Positions 58,958 to 64,000 of a stretch of 64,000 nucleotides of DNA are shown one piece after another (the first letter of the stretch is position 1; every line of letters starts with the position of its first letter). The position numbers were made by a program, and so were the translations under genes. Source of the stretch: a bacterium (GTDB lineage: Bacteria > Krumholzibacteriota > Krumholzibacteriia > G020349025); assembly GCA_031362565.1 (NCBI GenBank), contig JANLSU010000070.1, positions 47,608 through 111,607 of the forward strand, read 5' to 3'. The notes beneath the pieces were generated by a model. That model was given only the letters and a program-made list of their open reading frames with translations. It made no database searches and was not told the DNA's origin.

Positions 58958-61927
58958 TTGCGTCAGCTCCTCCCGTTCCTGAGCCGTGTGGCGGTCGCGG
59001 TGCTGTTCGCCGCCGCTCTCGCCGCCCCTGCCCGGGCACAGTTCGGGCAGAACAAGGTGCAGTACCGCCACTTCACGTGGCGCGTCATCGAGACCGCCCA
59101 CTTCAAAATCCACTACTACGAGGACGAGCGCGAAGCGGCGCTGCAGGCGGCGCGCATGGCGGAGCGCAGCTATAACTATCTGAGCGATTTCTATCAGCAC
59201 GAGTTTACCGAGAAAATCCCCGTCATCCTCTACTCGAGCCACCAGGATTTCGAGCAGTCGAATTTGGCCGGCGGGTTTGTCAGCGAAGGCACGGGCGGCT
59301 TCACGGAGTCTCTGAAGGGCCGCGTGACCTTGCCGCTCACCGGCTCCTACGGCGAGCTGAACCACGTGCTGACGCACGAACTCGTGCATGCTTTTCAGTT
59401 CGATCTCTTGCAGCGCAGCGTCAAGGGCGCGCTCGGACTCGGACCGTTGCCGCTTTGGATGATGGAGGGCATGGCGGAATGGGTGTCGCAAGGCATGGAT
59501 CCGGTGACCGCCATGTGGATCATCGACGCGGTGCACAGCGAGAAGAAAAAGGGCAAGAATCAGATTCCCAGCGTCCAGGAGATGGCCACGATCCAGGACA
59601 TTCGTGTCTACCGCATGGGACAGGCCTTGTTCGAAGTCGTGGCGGCCACCCACGGTAAGGAGCGCATTCGCCGCATCCTGAAGCGGCCCGAGATGCGGGC
59701 TGCAATGCGCGACTCGTTGTGGGGGCCGCTCGACCCGCCGCAGGGCTCGGGGGTCACGACCAACAGCAATGCCGCGCCGCCGCCACCGGACAGTTTGCTG
59801 TTCGCATCGGGAACGACGTCCGGCGCGTCTCTCGACAAGCGTTGGAAGGCGTACACGGACAGCCTGGCACACGCTCTCGGCAGCAATCTCGTCAACCCGG
59901 ATTCGATCGCCGAACGCATTTCCGAGCCGTCGACGAAATACGGCCGGTCGTTCCACTTAGCCCCGGTCATCTCACCCGATGGTTCGAAGATTCTCTACTA
60001 CTCGTCGCGTGGCTTTCACAACGAGCTGTTCATCGCCCAGCAAGAGGCCGGTAAGTGGGTGCGGCGCAGTCTGGTGTCCGGCGAACAAACGCCCCAGCTC
60101 GAAGCATTGCCGCTCCTTTCGGCCTCGGCCGACTGGTCGCCCGACGGGCGCCAGGTCGTCTTCGTCGGGACCCAGCAGGGCCGCGACGCGCTGCAGATCT
60201 TCGACGTCGCGAAGCGCCGGATCGTCAAGCGCTTGCACACCGAGTTGCTGGCGATCTCCAATCCCAGTTGGTCGCCGGACGGCCAGTACGTGGTTTTTTC
60301 GGCGCTGGACGGCGGGCAAGAAGACCTCTTCCTCATCGAGGTCGCGACGGGACGTCTGAGCCGCTTGACCCAGGACGCGTACTCCGAGCGCACACCACGC
60401 TTCGCACCGCAGGGTGATGCGATCGTTTTCGCGACCGACCGCGGCCCCAAGACCGACACGCGCGAGTTGCGATTTGGCCCTTGGAATGTCAACCGCATGT
60501 GGCTGCGCCGCGATGCTGACGGTTGGGCGTGCGAGCGCATCGAGCCGATGATCGAAAGCGACGCCAACGATTTCGCGCCGCAATGGAACGGCGATGGGTC
60601 GGCGCTCGCCTTCATTTCCGACCGTGACGGCACGTACCAGGTCTACACGCTCGAGGTCGCCACCGGCGAAGTGCAGCGCCGCACGCGCTTTGACGCCGGA
60701 GTCGTGGGCATCGTGCCCACCGGGCCGGCTTTCTCCTGGTCGCCGAACGGCGACGTGGCGTACTCCGTTTTCCACAATGGTGGTTGGTCGCTCTACCGCA
60801 CCCACGGCTTCCCCGACGCCGCGCCGGGCGAACCGCAGCCCGACAAAATGGCGCTGACGCGCGCGATTCCGCCGGGGATTCAAGAGGTCGCGAACACCAA
60901 CGCCGTCCAGCGTGATACCGCCTACCACACGCGCCTAACGCCGGAGTACGCGGTGCTCGGGGCCCTCTATGTGGGCAATTCAGGCGCCGCCGGGTCGGGC
61001 CAGTTGCTGCTCGGCGACATGCTCGGCAATCACTATCTACAGCTCGGCGGCTATTTGCGAAGCGAACTCGATCAAAGCGAGTTCCAGGTGCAGTACGCGA
61101 ATTTGGGACACCGGTGGCAGTGGGGCGTCGCCGGGTACCAGTACCGCGACGACTTGGGCTTCTTCACGGCACCGACCGACAGCGTGCAGTTTCGCAGCTT
61201 GATCCGCTTGGGCGTCGGCGCGCAGCTCGCCTATCCGTTCAGCCGCTTCAACCGCTTCGAAGTCGGCTTGGATGTGCAGACGGTCACCGACCGGGTGGCG
61301 GATGTGCTCTTCGATTTCAACACCGCGTTCGAAGGCGGCGTGCACCGGTCGAGGGTGTTCTACCTGATTCCCGGCATCGGCGTGGTGCACGACAACGCAT
61401 CCTACGCCGGCTTCACGCCGGTCACCGGCAGCCGCTGGCGCCTGTCGGTCGAACAGGCCTTCGGTGACATCGACTACACGTTCGGCCTAGGTGATTATCG
61501 CAAGTACTTCAACATCAAGACTCACGCGGCGATCGCGGTGCGCGGCCTCCTGGCAGCTTCCACCGGCGCCGAACGCCAACGGCTGCGGGTCGGCGGCCCG
61601 GATACGTTCCGCGGCGCCGACTACGGCGACCTCGTGGGCGCCAAGATCGCCACCTCGTCACTCGAATTCCGCTTCCCCATTTTCACCGAACTCCTGCGCG
61701 GCGTGACCTTCGTGGACGGCGCGGCGGCTTGGAACGACACGCGCGGCGTCAAGCTGGCGACCAGCGATGGCCCGGCCGGCGTACGGCTCCGCGATCTGAA
61801 TCTCGCGTACGGATTCGGCGTGCGTGGATTCGTCGGACTGCCGCTGCGGATCGACATCGCCTGGCCGACGGATCTGGTGCGCACGGCGCCGGCGATCAGC
61901 ACGTTTTCGATTGGCTTCGACTTCTAG
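58958..61927 (+). CDS. Omp85-family protein with N-terminal zinc-peptidase-like domain and PD40/TolB-like propeller
   Basis: FGQNKVQY, HELVH...WMMEGMAE, repeated WSPDG, GGPDTFRG, EFRFP, FVDGAAAW, YGFGVR, terminal GFDF; AAGGAG RBS before TTG. Confidence 0.88.
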   Translation: MRQLLPFLSRVAVAVLFAAALAAPARAQFGQNKVQYRHFTWRVIETAHFKIHYYEDEREAALQAARMAERSYNYLSDFYQHEFTEKIPVILYSSHQDFEQSNLAGGFVSEGTGGFTESLKGRVTLPLTGSYGELNHVLTHELVHAFQFDLLQRSVKGALGLGPLPLWMMEGMAEWVSQGMDPVTAMWIIDAVHSEKKKGKNQIPSVQEMATIQDIRVYRMGQALFEVVAATHGKERIRRILKRPEMRAAMRDSLWGPLDPPQGSGVTTNSNAAPPPPDSLLFASGTTSGASLDKRWKAYTDSLAHALGSNLVNPDSIAERISEPSTKYGRSFHLAPVISPDGSKILYYSSRGFHNELFIAQQEAGKWVRRSLVSGEQTPQLEALPLLSASADWSPDGRQVVFVGTQQGRDALQIFDVAKRRIVKRLHTELLAISNPSWSPDGQYVVFSALDGGQEDLFLIEVATGRLSRLTQDAYSERTPRFAPQGDAIVFATDRGPKTDTRELRFGPWNVNRMWLRRDADGWACERIEPMIESDANDFAPQWNGDGSALAFISDRDGTYQVYTLEVATGEVQRRTRFDAGVVGIVPTGPAFSWSPNGDVAYSVFHNGGWSLYRTHGFPDAAPGEPQPDKMALTRAIPPGIQEVANTNAVQRDTAYHTRLTPEYAVLGALYVGNSGAAGSGQLLLGDMLGNHYLQLGGYLRSELDQSEFQVQYANLGHRWQWGVAGYQYRDDLGFFTAPTDSVQFRSLIRLGVGAQLAYPFSRFNRFEVGLDVQTVTDRVADVLFDFNTAFEGGVHRSRVFYLIPGIGVVHDNASYAGFTPVTGSRWRLSVEQAFGDIDYTFGLGDYRKYFNIKTHAAIAVRGLLAASTGAERQRLRVGGPDTFRGADYGDLVGAKIATSSLEFRFPIFTELLRGVTFVDGAAAWNDTRGVKLATSDGPAGVRLRDLNLAYGFGVRGFVGLPLRIDIAWPTDLVRTAPAISTFSIGFDF

Positions 61928-61970
61928 GACCGGAAGGCGGAAAGCGGAAGCCGTACGCATGAGCGTGCGG

Positions 61971-62092
61971 GTCTTCGGAGGTGTGGGACCCCCGCCCACT
62001 CAGACAGAACGGGCCGCGCCGCGCGCTTCGCGCGCAATATTGAATGCGCGAGCCCGTTAACTCGCGGTCGGGGGTCCCACACCTCCGAAGAC
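61971..62092. repeat. inverted REP doublet (REPIN/MITE-like)
   Basis: Perfect 24-bp inverted repeat GTCTTCGGAGGTGTGGGACCCCCG (61971-61994 / 62069-62092) around a 74-nt structured spacer. Confidence 0.75.
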
Positions 62093-62163
62093 GTGCGACT
62101 ACCCGGAGGAGCGGACCTCGCTCGACAGCGACCAAGCACTGAACGCCAACTTCTCACTCTAGT

Positions 62164-64000
62164 CCTAAAACAAGCGAATGCGCAGGCCATTTTTGGGGCA
62201 GATCGCGAGTCGCTGGCGAGGGCGCGATGCAACCTGGGATCGTTTCCGTCCCCGAGTCGCGAGCTTTGCCGGTGAATCAGGGTTCCGCCTTTCATCGAGC
62301 AAGGGGTTGAAGGGACCGGGCCTCTCTATCCCGGCTTCAGCGATCTCGATCTAACTGCGGAGCGGCGCCGCGAGTTGTTCCACGCCGCGTAGGAACACGT
62401 GCTGCCAGCGATTCCAGGACAGGAGTCGGAACACGATGCGCCGGCCCGTTCGCACCACTTGAGTTGGGATACGCATGAAGGCGTTGAGGAAGGTTCTGAA
62501 TTCCATCCGCAGCACCTCCAGCTTTTCTTGCCGGTACTTCTCGCGCCAACGACCGCGCTCGGGCAACAAGAGTGCAAACCACGCCTTCAGTGTCCACGCC
62601 AGCGACGCCATCACCATGTAGGCCCAGTTGCTGAGCAGTGTGTCTACCGGCATCCGTGTCGCGTGGACGCCGTGCAGCTGCGCGATCAAGTTCTCCTGGT
62701 TGCACCGTGCGTTCGCCTCGAGGACAATCTCTGCCGCCGGGGATTCCAGGTCGTTGGTGATGTAAAAGAAGTAGCGAATGTCGTCGAACAGGCACCAGCC
62801 ACCTTGTTCGATCGACAAGTTCTTCCGCACCACCACGATGCGATAAGTCTTTTTACAAGCGACCGGCGAGTACGGAAACTCCGCCACGTCTTCTGACTGC
62901 AGCCGGGTGTTCCGAAAGTCGCGCTCGATCACTTTGATGTCCTTGATATTCTCCGGCCGCCGGCGCACTTCGGTCGCGATCTCGTACTTCGCCGGCCGCT
63001 GCAGCCGCTCCCAAACCCGCTTCCGCAGGGACTCCGCCGCGCTCACAAGGTTCGCTCGTGCATCGATCCCGAATACGAAACGTACGCCCTCGGCATCCCA
63101 GCCATCCAAATGCTGCGTCTGGGAGAAGTCGGTGTCGCCGCGAAACGTGATCTTGCGAAACCCGGCGCGACGACACAGCGCCAGCGCCTGATCGAATCGC
63201 TCCGCCGCTCCCTCGTGAGATGGACGGTTGCCGCTACGGTTCACCAGGAAGAGTGGCTCTGCCGTTTTGGCCAACGAAACCAGCAATGCGTGGTAACCCC
63301 ACGTGCCCTTGTACGACACGTCCATCCCTTGCTTGCACTCGCCGGTCGTCGGCGCCATCGTGCCGTCTGCTTCAATCGTCGCCGACTCGAAAAACTCCGC
63401 CGGCTGCTTCGCCCACACTCGCAGCCGCGTCTCGTTGATCGCCGTCATCAAGGCTTCGATGTCCGGTGCCGCGAAGCGGCGACAAAAGTCGCCTGCCGTC
63501 GTCGGGTCGGGAATCCGCTGCGCACCGAGCGCGTCCAAGTACGCCTCGTTCGTCCGACGCCACTCGATGTCCTCGAGGCAAGTACCGCCACACAGCCCGT
63601 TGTACGCGATGTTCAACACGTGATCCGACTCGTGGTACGGCAAGTGCACCTTCAAAACCGATACCCGCCCATCGATCTCCGCCGCCAAACCCGTCTGCAC
63701 CGACAGGCGATGCATCATTCCGATCCCGCCGGTGTCCAAGCCCCGCGTTCGCTCGCTCAACTCGTAGTGATTGTTGCGCCCCGAGAGCATCGGAGCCCCT
63801 TGCTCCGACCAGACTTTGTCCCGAAGGCGATGCGCAATTCGGCGCTTGCGATTCCGCTCCCGCCTGTGGTTTTCTCTCTTCACTTGAAATGCCCTCCTGA
63901 TGGAGATGTGGGGTTGTTTGCTACCTCCTTCATATCCCCTCAGACAGGGCATTTCGAGTTCTTTCTACTATTTGCGCCCGCGAATCACGCTTGTTCAGGG
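62164..64000 (-). mobile_element. IS1380-family insertion sequence
   Basis: Transposase flanked by imperfect IRs CCTAAAACAAGCG (62164-62176) and CGCTTGTTCAGGG (63988-64000), 10/13 match; outer end may run beyond the window. Confidence 0.8.
62351..63883 (-). CDS. IS1380-family DDE transposase
   Basis: PDPTTAGDFCRRF, IEADGT, GYHAL, FRGDTDF, RCNQENLIAQL, SNWAYM. Confidence 0.88.
   Translation of the reverse strand: MKRENHRRERNRKRRIAHRLRDKVWSEQGAPMLSGRNNHYELSERTRGLDTGGIGMMHRLSVQTGLAAEIDGRVSVLKVHLPYHESDHVLNIAYNGLCGGTCLEDIEWRRTNEAYLDALGAQRIPDPTTAGDFCRRFAAPDIEALMTAINETRLRVWAKQPAEFFESATIEADGTMAPTTGECKQGMDVSYKGTWGYHALLVSLAKTAEPLFLVNRSGNRPSHEGAAERFDQALALCRRAGFRKITFRGDTDFSQTQHLDGWDAEGVRFVFGIDARANLVSAAESLRKRVWERLQRPAKYEIATEVRRRPENIKDIKVIERDFRNTRLQSEDVAEFPYSPVACKKTYRIVVVRKNLSIEQGGWCLFDDIRYFFYITNDLESPAAEIVLEANARCNQENLIAQLHGVHATRMPVDTLLSNWAYMVMASLAWTLKAWFALLLPERGRWREKYRQEKLEVLRMEFRTFLNAFMRIPTQVVRTGRRIVFRLLSWNRWQHVFLRGVEQLAAPLRS

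Overview
GC-rich bacterial chromosomal window. Gene content (FlgD-Ig/T9SS-like C-terminal domains, three Omp85 paralogues) suggests an FCB-group candidate lineage such as Latescibacterota/Krumholzibacteria/Eisenbacteria; this is an inference. It carries housekeeping genes (tmk, eno, ftsB, yggX, recD2, tatD, corA, cstA, two PTPS/QueD paralogues, an ECF sigma factor), an initiator tRNA-Met followed by a frameshifted HigBA-like toxin-antitoxin pair, a myo-inositol cluster (iolG-B-D-E plus an atypical transaldolase-family gene), many secreted proteins, a REP doublet and an IS1380-family element at the right edge. Two signals stand out. First, three unrelated secreted proteins end in the same gap-free 15-residue tail (W at -9, K at -5, Y at -2), a candidate protein-sorting signal. 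Second, a tightly coupled operon encodes radical SAM / Omp85 barrel / lipoprotein with atypical-kinase motifs / membrane spermidine-synthase-like-TPR / SGNH, a candidate envelope-modification system. No CRISPR array, rRNA or prophage was seen. All calls come from reading motifs by eye; no searches were run, and start codons are best guesses.
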